Both the position numbers and the translations under genes were made by a program. From assembly GCA_051362555.1 (NCBI GenBank), contig CM120648.1, forward strand, positions 17,046,587 through 17,110,586: a stretch of DNA of 64,000 nucleotides, read 5' to 3'. This stretch comes from Lingula anatina (taxonomy: Eukaryota; Animalia; Brachiopoda). Shown here piece by piece: positions 48,662-62,700 of the stretch. Position 1 is the first letter of the stretch. Each line of letters opens with the position of its first letter. The notes under the pieces are model-generated. The model was not told the DNA's origin. It saw only the letters and a program-made list of their open reading frames with translations, and ran no database searches.

Positions 48662-49869
48662 GGGTGTTTGGGGTGTGTGGGGTTTGTTGAGGGTGTGTGG
48701 GGTTGGGAGAAAATGGGGTTGGAGGGTGCTTTATGGGGTTGTAGGGTGTGTATAGGGGTTGGATGGTGTTTGGGTGGATGGGTATGGGCAATGTATTGAG
48801 TTCTAGAGTGTGTCCCCGGTTTCTTATTGTATTGTCTAAACTATAAATATGTTGGTAGTTGGCGTCAGTGTTTCAAGAAAAAATAGTTTAATTTTATCAA
48901 GACTGAAGCATTTGTAGTCCACTTCCATGAGCATACTGCATCCGTTGTGCAATCAGTTGGTTAATTTGATCAAGACTGAAATATTAGTAGTCAACTTCGA
49001 TCATTGGTAGTCGACTTCATTGAGCATACTGTATCTGCAATCAGTTACACTTTAGCCATTTTGATTTTATGGTCTACTTCAGATGTTTATTTCCTGCATT
49101 ATTATCGACACATATTTCCGTTCTTAAAATTACTACCAAATATCGATTTGAGATATTTTATGGATTGAAGCACTTGTTGTGTCTATTGGATTGTGGTTCA
49201 AGTGGCAAATATATCCACCATCAGTAAACTGTCTTCTCGGCTACTTATGAAACATATTGTCGCTATATAATAAAACCATAAACTCACTTGGAAATCGCCA
49301 TATCACCGAGTACAAGCCATATGGCGCCTGTTTAAGCGATATGTGACTGATCTGAAAAAAAATAATAAATGGGCAATACTAGAGAACACTACCGGAACAT
49401 TTACTGTGTAATGAACCTGACAAATACTGCAAAGATGTGAAAGATATAAGACTCACAGCATACAACATGGTACAAAGAGCGAAATATGACTAGCACATTG
49501 CTGTGGCTCCTTGAGGCAATGGCCTGGCCTATTTCCAGATACATTTAATAGGTTTATTTGAATATTAAAACCTAGAGATATACAACAATAATTGAAATTA
49601 GAACAACTTTTGTCAAAACATGATCCACAGGTCCAGACAACAGTAAAAGGTGAAAGCATGTTGACAATTTCAGATTGAAGACCAAGTATGCAAAATACCG
49701 ATGCGAAAGATGCCATGGAAACAGCAGTTTTCATTTTAACATCCAAAGGTTTTCGAACCACACAAGAGCTTATCAGCATAATCATAATATCCACAACTTT
49801 TTTTTCAAACATGACTTAAATGCCTGAAATATTCTTCAAACACTTGTACAACGAAATTGTACGTGTTAA

Positions 49870-50996
49870 TCGGACGTGACAGGAATGTTTGTCCACTAAG
49901 AACCCTAGTCCGCTTCCCATTACTTTGTACAGGTGACATTTCGTCCCATAAACTAACCCCAACACTCCAACTAACCCTAACCTGCACTAATCATATGGCA
50001 GCCCGGACTTCAGTTCCTGTCACACCAGATCTAACTCCTGGAAGATTGCAAGTGATATCTATTTACGTGCAGCCCAGATCTTCTTCCATACAGCCTTGCC
50101 TACGCACACTTACAGTACAGTCTAGACAGTCTGCCTCAGAGAGCACTTACATTTCATATTAATTATTTCAAAGAATGTAAGGCTGACCTAGACAGGTCGT
50201 TCTTAAACTGAGATACACCGAGACTCATATAGTAGTGACAGCGTAGATGGTATCTTGTGAATTGAACATCTTTAATAAAATGTTTACAGTAATAAGGTTA
50301 TGCGGATTGACCACGCTTTTAACTATTTGTTTTAAGAGGTCTTGTAATGAATCAATATATCAATAGATATTTATATAATAGCTTTATTTATAAACAGTTC
50401 TTTATTATTATTTTTTTTTCATTATTCTACCTGCGATATAACGGAATGTTAATATTATAGACAATGCACCGTAAATTTGGCATACTGAAATCATGTATAC
50501 CAAATATATTCAAAACCTCACAAACACAGTCATTTCATCACGATTCTAAAACTTTTTTCAGCCATCATATGATTTGTGGTATGTAGCCACAGGAACCCGA
50601 GTTTCTTCATCATGGAGACAATTCATCGATTTTTTTTCAAAGATTTTCAAACGTTTGGGGTTAGTTTATGTGACGAATGCCCCTTATACAAAGTAAAGCC
50701 TAGGTCCCAACCGAACGTACGGGCTGCTAGGTGTGGTCTACGGCCAAAAATTGGGGAAAACGTGGGAGTTCGTGCGTGAGGAGCACGTCCATCGTGCGAC
50801 TTTTGGAGGACGCAAACAGCACGCAGATACTTTTCAACATGATCAACAGCCGCTTGATTCCTTCCCTGCGATCTAGCTACGTCCTGGCCGGACGCAAGGA
50901 ATCTTAAAAACCGTGCGTCCAAAACGTAGTTGGGACCTAGGCTTTATGGGGAACGGGCTACGGTTCCGAAGGGGCCTACTTTTGATGTTACACCGG
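49870..50996. mobile_element. Old ~1.1-kb TIR element (CCGGTGTAACA-type end) with MITE C inserted in its right TIR
   Basis: 49871-49963 is an inverted match to 50650-50696 plus 50944-50996 (CTTTGTA..CATAAACTAACCCCAA; GAACC.TAG.CCG.T.CCCAT). Confidence 0.6.
50697..50943 (-). mobile_element. MITE family C, intact copy (247 bp)
   Basis: TAA|AGCCTAGGTCCCAA ... TTGGGACCTAGGCT|TTA; reverse complement of 35510-35731 plus 39053-39080. Confidence 0.92.
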
Positions 50997-51073
50997 ACTG
51001 ACAAGTGTTTTAGTGACATAAAACAGTAAAAAAAAAAAATATTTTCAGACAGTACAAATACTGCCGTCAATTA

Positions 51074-51563
51074 AGTGTTTAAGTTACAAAGACAGCAGTC
51101 AACATCACCGTATGTTCAGTGTTTAAGTTACAAAGACAGTAGTCAACATCACCGTATGTTCAGTGTTAAAATTACAAAGACAGTAGTCAACATTACCGTA
51201 TGTTCAGTGTTTAAGTTACAAAGACAGTAGTCAACATCACCGTATGTTCAGTGTTAAAGTTACAAAGACAGTAGTCAACATCGCCGCATGTTCAGTGTTA
51301 AAGTTACAAAGACAGTAGTCAACATCCCCGAATGTTCAGTGTTTAAGTTACAAAGACAGTAGTCAACATCGCCGCATGTTCAGTGTTTAAGTTACAAAGA
51401 CAGTAGTCAACATCACCGTATGTTCAGTGTTAAAGTTACAAAGACAGTAGTCAACATCGCCGCATGTTCAGTGTTTAAGTTACAAAGACAGTAGTCAAAA
51501 TCACCGTATGTTCAGTGTTTAAGGTACAAAGACAGTAGTCAACATCACCGTATGTTCAGTGTT
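51074..51563. repeat. 44-bp minisatellite, ~11 copies
   Basis: Unit CAGTGTTTAAGTTACAAAGACAGTAGTCAACATCACCGTATGTT with few variants and no spacers. Confidence 0.97.
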
Positions 51564-53466
51564 ACAGTAAAATGGCAACCAGGCCAAATGTTCAGTGGTA
51601 TATATTGAGGAGAGCTGCCCAAATATACGGTTGATATCATGCCCCAGAGCGCATTCAGAGATGTCCAAGCAACTCCCAGTGTAGGAGTCCAAGGTTTACA
51701 AAGGTGAAGAGAATGAGATGCAGAGACGTTTCTTAACTTGTGTTATAATGGGCGATTACATACAGCGATGTTGACTACTGTCTCTGTAAAGTGGACGTTC
51801 ATACCTCGTTCATTCATCGTAGATTTTTATACACGGCGAAGGCAGTTTGTCTTCCTGTGCTTGGTATTGTACTGTCATCTAGTCAGGTTTTGTTTTTTGT
51901 TCAGGCGGTTCATACCGCGATTTTGCCTTTCCTTTTTTTTCACTTCGTAATAATATCACTTTACTCTAGAAATACACGACTTTATTAGTCACTGAATAGT
52001 TTTGTGAACTCAGATATGGAATGTGTCATCTTATTTTGAATTAAGAGTTCTATTTGCAGTACTTGTATCACCTGCTCCAAACAACCCTCGTCATGCCCAG
52101 TGCTCTCTTCAGGTGAACTTCCTCCACCCCCAGGGATACAGCGTGAGCGTTCCTTTCCCCTTAGGTCATGTTAATCATTAGAAACGTCAGTTTTGCGTGC
52201 TGATGTCGTCTCTAGTTACCTGTCTCAGGCACTGCATCAACAAACAGCCCGCAAGGCACCGGACAGGCGGTCGTCACGCCAAATGGACTTTGAACGGGTG
52301 TACTATACAAATGACCTGGTAATTAAGTACTTTGACGACAAAGAGATACGAAACTAAGGGCTGAGAGAGAAAGAGAGTGAGAGAGAGAAGGGGTGTGTGT
52401 GAAGACTTGTTTGTTTCTCATATCTCAGTAAACTGCATACACTGAGTAATCACCAGCTATATTTTCTCATCCTGGGCTCTTCTTGGTCAATCTTCGTATA
52501 AAAGAGACATTGACAAGGTGCCACGCTCAAATGAACTTTTTAATGTTCAAAGTACGGTCAGGTCAATCTCTCACAACATAAAGCCACCTGCTCCCCTTTT
52601 TTCTTTCGGAGAAAATAAATGAATCATGTTTGAGCTTGATGCTGTCATTAATTTGTAATATTTGTAACTATAATCCTGTATTAAAACAAAGCCCGCTGAA
52701 TGACAAAGAAGTTGAAATATACATTTGAACTTAGCGTGGAATCCCAGTTCCCAATACATGCATAGACCACTTCTACTAGTTATACTGTTATCCAACTCAA
52801 GTGATGTCTACATGCTTAGTCATAAACCGAATTAAACACTCGATCAGCATTAAAAAAGGCTTAAAACTATATCTTCTTCAAATCTTAGGACATTATTAAT
52901 TAGCCTACGTGTCTGTACCGGTTATTGAGAGCACAGAAAGTAAGCAGATATTATCCGTTTAAATCTCATTTTTCGGGTAATTTGAAAATGTATCATTTGC
53001 CGTTTTTCTAAGTAATACTGCATGTATTTTAGACCATATGGTGGCATTTGATCTAATTTTTTTAGCAACAATTTGACTTCAAATGCATCTTTGAAAAGGA
53101 TATTCTCACCATAAAAATGTGTCTAACAAAAATTGTTTAAGATGGAGAACAGCACGTCTGAAATGTTGACATACAAACATGTATTTTGCAATCTAGTTGT
53201 CAAGACATCACATCGGAGATTAATTAAAAACGCAAATTATTTTGGTAATGACTACAATTTTGCCAAGTGTTTTGATTGAGATGACAACTGGATCAATTAT
53301 TTCAACTCTGACGAATGCCTTCCACTACGTGAATTACGGGCTATCAGGATTGGATTTTACAAGTTGAGGGTAAAAATTACCCTCTTCTATTTGAGGGGAA
53401 ACAAGTACACGGTGTAAGTGTATGAAAATACCTCTGGGAGCTTCGTAGTGCAATTCTGTTACTCTG

Positions 53467-53600
53467 CAGGGGCGGATCCAGGATTATTTGAAGGGGGGGG
53501 GGGGGGGGGTCTGCGGATGCGTAGGGTTCGGGACCCGCCGAAAGGCCTCGGAAAAACTCAAAAATATTCGGTATTTTAGAGGGCGAACGGTTCAATTTGG
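53467..53600. mobile_element. MITE family E partial copy
   Basis: Reverse-complement match to the 24950-24987 end, with weaker similarity beyond. Confidence 0.6.
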
Positions 53601-56117
53601 TACGGTTCAGCTAGTCAAAAGTTTTATTTCAAGAGGGAACCAGAAATCGAAGGGGAGGTGGTCACTACTTACTCTGACCCTCTGGGTTGAGGCGTTGCTT
53701 AAAAAGTGGTCATTCCATTTGGTAAGGAAGTCGTTAATGCTACTGCTTTTGCTGCCCCTATTGCAAGAACATATATAATATATATAGTATCATAGTAACA
53801 TCGTGTGCACCAAATCTTCACATCCTAACATGTTGTATATTTGGATAAAGTGAATGTACATAACATCTTTTCTATACTTCATATATACTGCAGATCAGCA
53901 TGTGTATTGACAGTGGAGGTTTATTTTATTACCACCGCTATATCGATGTTTTAAGGATAAAAGTACGTAGGTGAATGTCAAAATGAGTACTATTACGTAC
54001 AAACATGCCGGTATAATTACACATAAAAACTTCATGAATGCACACGAAAATATGTTTGTGCTGCAAGATGTATGCATTAAGTTCAACGCAGCTTTGCTTT
54101 AAATAATTCTTTGACATATTAACCCAGTACAAGCTTATGGTTTAAAATGGTCGTAATTCAAAATGGTGCCATTCAATCAAAAACGTGCGAATAATTTAAT
54201 TAACAATTAGGAGGAGAGAGCAGGAAGGGTTTGAACCATTGTCCAGCCTTATAGTCCACTACAATGTATCTGTTCTCCCAAAATAGAAGCCATCTTAAAA
54301 ACCAACGTGTTCTTTTTTACTTAAAATAAAATATTACAATATGATGGCGTGCACACTTAGGCCTAAGATCACGTTTATATGCTGCATAGCTAAGAGGTGG
54401 TAATAATAAATATGTGGGCGGATCAACAACGTCTGGTCCTTTGTTGCGCCATAAAATGTGAAACACTGTATGAATGCGGTTAAGGTTATTACAGACCATG
54501 AATGCAGCATAGCTCCCAACGTTACACAGTGAACACAATAACACACATCAATAATGCCCACCAGGAAGCAAACTCTAACCATCTAGGAAAAAAAACAATG
54601 ACCAGCATCATTAAAGTTCATCATTCACGTGGTTTAAATAAGTAGCAAACGCCCCACTCCCATCCCCTAGCAAACCAACATAATTCCCTGCTTGAAAAAA
54701 GTAGGGGATATCCTTCACCCATTCTCACAGCATACGGCAAGGCCTTGTCATGTGCTTTTCGAATATATCAATATATCAATGGATTTCTTTTTTAAGGAAT
54801 GCATCCGCTATTTTAATACAATAACACCACAGCTGTGTAAAACATGTAATGAATGATTCCCGCATAAACAGTGGAAAAATTAATGTGAAGAAAATAGTGT
54901 TCTCAGCTGTTGATGGCACTAGCTGAAAACCTACATCAGTGTGTGTTTGTGTGTGTGTGTGTGTGTAAACAACAGGTTCTTATAGTATGACATCGTGAGA
55001 ATACACCTGCTCCTACGTATTTCATATCAGTGGTTGTATGTTGGAAAGACAGTTGCCTCCATAGTTACTACAAATGGCGTGTTAGAACAGAACCAAGTAG
55101 ACTAGCTCTGGTGTATAGAAAAATCTTTCTTCACTTCCCATATCGATGAGTGTTTTGGATATGATGAACTAGACTTTCTATCATTTATTATGAAAAGTTA
55201 TTAAATAAAATACTTGTACCATTATATGACGGTATACTGTTTTACAAGACTTACATTAATAAGTAAACAGAGAAAAAAGGCCTAGCCTGAATATTTTTAA
55301 ATATAAAACAGTTTGAACTTTTCAAGAATAGTATACATGAATGCACGGGGTCTTTCACCCCCCCTGGTTACACAATCACAGGACCAGGAGCTGCGTGTAA
55401 ACTGCATGGTTTTCCTCTCAGCGGGTAAACAACCCACAAACATTGTCAACACATGAAGCATTGTCTACTGACCTTTTTCTTCAGTTACATTAAACGATAA
55501 CATATAATATAATTATCCCCTGGTCTATATATATAATCTGAGACTTGTTATGAAATAAACGAACTTACCCTGAGCGAACTTGTCACAAGGATAATAAAAG
55601 CCTGGAAGTAGACCGCCCTGTTTTGTGTAACTCACGCTCTGGCTTCCACTGCAGCTTCTGAGACAAGCAGTTATTGAAAGCCTAGAAAAGGATACTTTGC
55701 CACTGCTGCACATGCGTGAAGTTATCAGGGACTCGATACCGTTGGACCAATGATAAAGGTATGCTTCACGCTGTCATTTTATGGCCAAGTGCAATAAACA
55801 AATCATCTTATTTTGAGGACGCCGACTGGCATCTCATATGGTCTACAATATCTTAACAAAGTGATTGGCGTTTTTGACGGTCCGTGTAACATTTATTATT
55901 ATATCACTATAACTTCATTGTTGTACTTGTTGTAGTTGTTTATGTGTGCTTTCAAATACACTTTTAACCTGAATAGGAATCGCATTGAAAAGGTAAAAGA
56001 CCTGCCCTGGTTCAAAAAAAAAATCTTTTGTTTATTTATTATATCCTAAAAGCCGTTCATATATATTAAAATATCAACATGATCCAAGCACTGCATGCTA
56101 CTGCGTTGACAAGCCAG

Positions 56118-56229
56118 GGAACCGTAACTCGAAAGCAAACCTCTCGATTCCATAACTCGCCCATACTCGCCCCGTATAATACATTGTAGCCTCTATGTGA
56201 TTTTCGCGATGCTTTCGAGATACGGAGCC
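56118..56229 (+). mobile_element. MITE family B copy (CAG/CTG flanks)
   Basis: Shares CGTAACTCGAAAG..TCTCGATTCCATAACTCGCC..TATAATACATTGTAGCCTCTAT with 11759. Confidence 0.85.
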
Positions 56230-58538
56230 CTGGTCTTCCATACACCTTTATACGTGTACACGTCACACGTCATCAACCGCCGTGCGTGCACTGGTTATAA
56301 GAGCGGTTACAAAAACAGCTAATCTAACTGAAACGTAATATTCCAGTGATTGTTTTGTAATATCTCGATGTCCGTCACACTACATGTATAGAAGGAGGTC
56401 AACAGTGTTTGGTTGATTTATTCACTGCCTAGTTCTGCACAATTAGTGTGTACTAAAAGTTTGCAACTGGTCGACGCCAAGTCATCTCAGTGGTCTACAA
56501 TTACAATCGATCAGTCTAATCACCCTTTGTTTTTACGAAAGTTAATTTTGGAATTTACTTTAAAACAAGTTGTTTATTGACGGTTGCTTAAACCTCTGCG
56601 GACTTGTTTGTCATTGTATTGGCGTTCAAGACGTTTTGTCAAGTCAATTTACCGCGCTCAAATACATATGATGTCTTCAACCGTTCATTTATTATCAAAC
56701 GACATTCGTTTTGTCTGTTAGAGATGCGTGTTTTCCACACTAATTTGGTCATAGTCGCCGATATTAAGCTGCAGTGAAGAAGATTAATGCTTCTCTTTAG
56801 CTCCTCTACTGCAGTGGGCAGTGTTCAATTTGTAGACAAACACGTAAACGCTTTCTGGTAATTGCTATCAAGTTCAGTCGAGACTAAAATGCGTCACTTT
56901 GCTCTTCTAAATTTAATTTTGTAATAACTGTTCACTCAACTTGGAAAAGAATCCCTTATCTATAGGGTATTGTTTCGCATATCGTGTAGCCACATGCCAC
57001 AATGTTGCCTGCAAGAACTGATGGGGGTCAATGGAAAAATAATGACCAAAAATAGAATAAAATAAGTAAATAGATAACACCACATAGAACTCAGTTTCAC
57101 CTGAATCCTCTAAGGACCTGTAAATGACCAGCAGCCTAATGACAATGGATGACCTCCAGAGCCTACTTGGCCCATTCACGGCCCTGTGCTGACCTCTAGC
57201 GGTGACTTATCTTGACTAGATTCCAAGCTGACACCGTGGATAGTCTCTCTGACCAGTGTCCACTGTCTCGACCAAAGTTAACGAATCCGGTCACCTGTCT
57301 TTATATTTCATGTTTCTAGACAGAATTTGTTCCCATTCCTTGTACAAGTCTGGCGACTGTGGGAGTTTGTAGAAAGACCAATACCCAATAGAACACGGGG
57401 GAGTGGGGGTATATTTAAAAGTTTTAATTGCATTTTTCGAAAATGAAAACCAAGTGATGTTAGAGAAGTTTTAAAATTCATTCGTCACGAAATAAAGACT
57501 CATTAAATTATAATAAACATAAACATTTTGTATATGTGTTCTACAATGCTGGTATAGTTCACGTGTGTTTAGATACAGTAGGTAGATAGATAGATAGATA
57601 GATGGATGGATGGATAGGTGGCAAAAGAAATGCAAAAAAAAAAAAAATAATAGAAAGATAGAAAGATAAAAGACAAAAAGACACGATGGTCGTGGAGATA
57701 GATATATGTATTCCTGTATGTGTCACACTTCTCGTACACCTGAATCTTCATGCCCTAAGGCAAACATGCTTTAGTGACAACGACAACACTGCCCTGGTTT
57801 ACCCGAGGCAAAGCACGACTACACCAGCTCTCCGCTTACCCGCAGTGACTCTCCACAGCTGTGGAATTACTTGTCTGCTCAGGGCCTTATCCCTCTGGGG
57901 GCGATTCCAACGCTGTTTTTATTTTTCATTCCACACGTTAATCCAACTTTTTTAAGGTCAACACGAACCGTTTGGAGTTTTTGTTTCTTAGTCCATAATA
58001 CTTCTTAATTTAACGAAGATCAAGAAACCGTCAGGAAGGTCAGCTTTAGTTTATTCAAACACTGACTACAACATCTTGCCCTAGTATCAGAACATCTGTT
58101 TATTTTTGCGGATCTAAAACACAAGGTGGTCATTCCAATATGCATATACATATCTTTGTAATTTGGCACAAAATCAAAAGTAATCATTTTCACGCTTTTT
58201 CTAATGCAATGTACTCCGTCTGACTGGCAATCAAGCCAAAGTTCAGTAAGTTTCACCTGAGAACACCTGAGAACACATGGGTACCTTCCAGGCGACGTTA
58301 ACCTCATTACTCCATGTCTAACGTACACACTAGCGACATGCACTTGATGGCTGGTAAAGTGAGCTGTACACTTTTTTGTTTTTATACGTCTTATAGGGAC
58401 AGAAAAGTAACTGAACTTATCAGTGTTTTCTGTAATATACTAATGCAGTAAGGATGACTTTCTCTTTGAATGTATATAATAAAAGAATATTACAATCGTC
58501 CATCAAGAGTAGACAAGCCCGAGCACTTATTGCTATAA

Positions 58539-58539
<1 letters not shown>

Positions 58540-58583
<44 letters not shown>
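58540..58583. repeat. (TAA)n microsatellite
   Basis: Seen directly. Confidence 0.95.
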
Positions 58584-58952
58584 TGCAGAGACTGAATAAA
58601 TTGGAGATTGTTACTAAACTTACTGGAATATTTTAATAAATGCATTTCATCCTTGTTTACAAAATAACCTTAATTATGGCCAAAGGCAATAGATAAGGTT
58701 TAATAACAAATTGTTCCAGTCCAAGGTTACATTGCTTGTGGATCTATTCGTTTGCCACGCTGTTTTAGTTTGACATAACACATGTCTACTAAGAGGAAGA
58801 TCAGGAAACCAAGACTTTGCTTCGATGGATGAACGCCGATAAATGGAGAACTTCCTTTACAGTCAGCACCAGTGTAACAAAATGAAGCCTAATAATGTCG
58901 TAGAAAAAAATGTGCTACGTTTTATAAGATGGACAAAGCCGTACGTGTCTTT

Positions 58953-59389
58953 GGGACCATTCCCACAGATATTTGAGTCGATCTATTTTTTTGGAAGTCT
59001 CACTAAATTGCTATCAAACTAACTGGCTTAAACGTCTATCACGCCTAGTAAAACTGTTAGGGGGTAATTATCTTTTACACCTATCTGATTCGGTAGGCGT
59101 GACAGACATTTAGCCCTCTTGAGCTGATAGCAATTTTGCGTGAACCCCCATCTAAGACTGGGTTCCCACAGATTTAGATCGATCCATCTGGATCGACCTA
59201 ACTCCCTGGGGGTCCACGTTAAATTGCTGTCAGCCGAGCGCGCACGGAAGTTAATTATCCCCATACAGCTTTTAGAAGGCGGGACAGACATTTAAGCCGG
59301 CTAAGCTGACAGCAATCTAGTGAGACTCCCCGCGGGGATAGATCGTTCTAAAAATCTGAGGGATGCAGTCTAAGTATGGGAACCCAGTC
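58953..59389 (-). mobile_element. Older MITE family A-related copy, interrupted by a younger copy
   Basis: GGGACCATTCCCACAGAT... and ...GTATGGGAACCCAGTC with TTT on both flanks; the body is the reverse complement of family A. Confidence 0.7.
59156..59370 (+). mobile_element. MITE family A copy (215 bp), TAA TSD
   Basis: TAA|GACTGGGTTCCCACAGATTTAGATCGATC ... GGGATGCAGTC|TAA, colinear with 10755-10969. Confidence 0.9.
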
Positions 59390-59532
59390 TTTGAAACGAC
59401 TCATCATTAGCTTAACTGGTAGAAAATGCATCTGCTTCGAAACAACACTGGACATTTTCTAATGTTGCATCAACAAAATAAGAACATTCCTCCTAGTTAT
59501 AATACGTTAAAACAGCTACACATTTGCTTTAC

Positions 59533-59785
59533 ACCTGTCATTTTACTTGCAACAGCAGTACACCACCATGGACACGTTAACTGAATGCCTGTTAGTTCAC
59601 TAGCAACAGTAGTACGTCGCCATGGAGACTGCAGCCATAAAATATCATTTTACTAGCAACAGTAGTACGTCACCATGGAGACAGCAGCCTAAAACCTGTC
59701 ATTACGCCATTTTACTAGCAACAGCAGTGCGTCACCATGGACACATTAGCCTAAAACCTGTCAATTTCATAACAGCAGCAGCAAC
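59533..59785. repeat. Degenerate ~55-60-bp tandem repeat, 4-5 copies
   Basis: Recurrent TTTTACTAGCAACAG(C/T)AGTACGTCACCATGGA. Confidence 0.8.
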
Positions 59786-62700
59786 AATTAGACAAATTTT
59801 AGATTATGTCCATTTACAAACTGCAGCAGTGAATCACTATATGGAGAAATCAAAATGTGTGAATGCCCGTGTCCGTGTTTATCATATTGCTTGCTAGGGT
59901 GTTATGCCCTCCTAGTCGGGGAAAGTTTCCAAAATACATGAATCAACTTGCCAAACATACTTGACCTTACTACGCTCTTTTTCGTCAGGTTATTTCCTTC
60001 AATGCTATCCGCCAATTTGTAAGACGGCCAAGGAAAACGCGCAACAGATGTTGTTTGTGTTGTTTGCGAACAACTGAAGTAATTAACTGCTAAGGGTCTA
60101 TACATCTCTTTACTGGCCATAAAAGCCGGCTGAGATTTAATAAAAAAAGAGAGAGAAATCTAGTTCTTCTCGCTGTATTCTTTGTCTGGCTACAGCAGGC
60201 TTCATTAATTTGTAATTAGACACTGGTAATTGAGTAAAGACTTTAAAAGGTTGCTAGCATCAATCTAACCCGTCATATTTCCGCCTTCCCCCTTTCACAT
60301 CCATGACAATGAATATCAGACTTTTCTTTTGAAGCGCGGCCCTTATGCCCGATACGACCGACATTGCGGCCCCACACAGGCGCACCATGGATACTCAATG
60401 GTTAGCTGAACATGAACACGGGGAAGGTAGAAAATGAAGACGTATCATGCAGCGTGTCCCCGGAGCGGGTAATAAGCCCGTCTCTGCTGCAGTACACTAC
60501 GGCGCCTCTTAATACCACCCGGCATAGTGAGAGCGGCAGATACGGCCTGCTACTGTAACACGATTCACTGATTTTATTTCTAAGATGGGTGATTAGGCGT
60601 ATTAAATGAGACGCTATCTCCGTGAAATATTCTTCCGCTCCAAAACTGATTGATCATATATGAGACGTGCACTCTGAGTTTGCCTGCTTCACAACAACAC
60701 TCTGCCTGGCCAGAAATGATACGAGGTTTAGGGGGTGTGTGAGGGGCGGGGGCGGGGGTGGGGGGTGCACAACTAGTACAGGGTTAGTGGGTTTGGGTTT
60801 GGGATGACCAATGGTTTGGGGGTAAGTGGGATTATGATGGGTGGTATATACTGGTACAAGAGATATATTAGTAATGGTTAGGGGGGTTTGGGGTGAGTTG
60901 GTGGACAACTGGTGCTGGGATATGGGGGGTAGCGGGTTTAGGGGATTAGTGGACTACTTGTACAGGGGTTAGGGTGGGTAGATTACTAGCTATAGTACAA
61001 GGGTTTTGAGGTTAGAGTGGGTTGGGCTAATAGTACGAGGGTGAATTAAGAAGTAAGAGGTGGAGTGGAGTGCATTAGTATCGGGGGTTAGGGGGTTTAA
61101 GGGGTTAAGGGGTGAACTGGAGTACTAGTGTAAGCTTAAACTGCAAAGTCCAGATTTACGTTCAGTGTAAGTAATACACCTGTTTGTGGCGAGGATGACG
61201 GGATGAGATGGGTTGTCTGTAAGTAAATCTGGACTCCATGGTAAGAAGGGTGCTATTTCCTGGAACACGCATTATTCTACGTTACGAAATTGAAACATAA
61301 CGCCCTCATCAACGTCAGTCTACTGAATGCATGTTCTGGAAATAATCGATCCTATTATTCAGCATCGTTATCCGAAACACGCACCATAGACGCTTGGCAT
61401 TTAGTGCCCGTTTAGATACATGAAAAATAACGGAAATTATTTTCAACTTGCTCCATAATTCAGGTAAGTTATCCGGCGCATTATCCCGAGTTAGTTCACG
61501 TTTAGATTCTCATATGTCTTCGATTTCGCTTTAACTGTTCTCTGATTAGATACACCAAGTCATAAAAAAACAGCGTGTTACCAGTTGGTTTCCTTGTGCG
61601 GCTGTGAATCGCTGATGAAGCGGTGTGCGTAACAACTGACACGAGATACCGCGAGAACTCAGCTGACCTTATCGTACATACCAATTACACTGGGTGTCAG
61701 GTATTTTAAAGGTACATTTGAACCGAGCGTAGATGATGCGTGGATTCCCAGGAACGCATATTTACTATTTCTACTATCTTTATGTTACTCAAGTAAAGCC
61801 TACATGCCAAGGGATACATCGAATTAATCACTCAATCAGCCATAAAATAGCTTAAAACTGCATTTTCTTCAAATTTTGGTCGTAAGTTTGGTCTACTTCT
61901 CTGGCCTAGGTATCTACTCCGTTTATAAACAGCACAGAAACAAGCAGAAAATTACATTAAATTATCATTTGGTATGAAACGACGGCTGTTAGTATTTCTA
62001 TAAGTTATACCATTTGAAAGTAAACAACTATAGTTACATTTGGTTGACTAATACATCTTTTAATAAAAATCCTTAAGTGTTCGTCACTCTGTATTAATTC
62101 AAGGTAAGAGATATTGAATAAGTTACAAAAGTCGTTGAGGAAGGGTTCTCTCAACCTAGACTACACCAGGCCACAGTAGAATTGACTTTAATATCGCAAC
62201 CAATCCAAGTCTTATAAGACAATAAGACGAAGTATGGAAGCTGCGGTATCAGTGTGACCAAACTAAGATCACGTGCCATTTAGTGCTTTGTTGACCACCG
62301 GTTTGCGTTCCTATATAAAGCTACAGTGATCGAAGCATTGTTTATAACTGTACCCATCCACGTGTTTCACTGGCCCCTATCTATATCTAGACGGCAACAT
62401 GGACTTTGGTCTACGTTTAAAAACAGTTAAAATGCGTCATGACGCTCCTCAATGTTGTAGATGTCTTCCTCCCGTTAACGTTCCGTGTTCGCAGATACAC
62501 ATTAATTATCTGTCGTTTGCTTTTGTTTCTTTGATTTTAGAAAATAACAGGAATCCAATGCACATATATATGCAAGTCCCCGAGTTATGACCGGGTTGAC
62601 TCTTTTATACATACACATGTATTTGTCAGTCTGACCAATTAGTCGATCGGCTATTTATCTTATGGGTCCGGCTCTTTGTTTTTTAATATATCTGTCACAC

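Noticed and set aside
48243-48791. 182-aa His/Pro-repeat ORF and its 130-aa antisense ORF
   Set aside because: Both arise from a stop-free 36-bp tandem repeat with no supporting domain or splice context.
49453-49812. 119-aa Cys-rich ORF
   Set aside because: No recognisable cysteine pattern or signal peptide; a length expected by chance.
51074-51563. CRISPR-like regular array
   Set aside because: Units are contiguous with no unique spacers, there are no cas genes, and the context is eukaryotic; this is a minisatellite.
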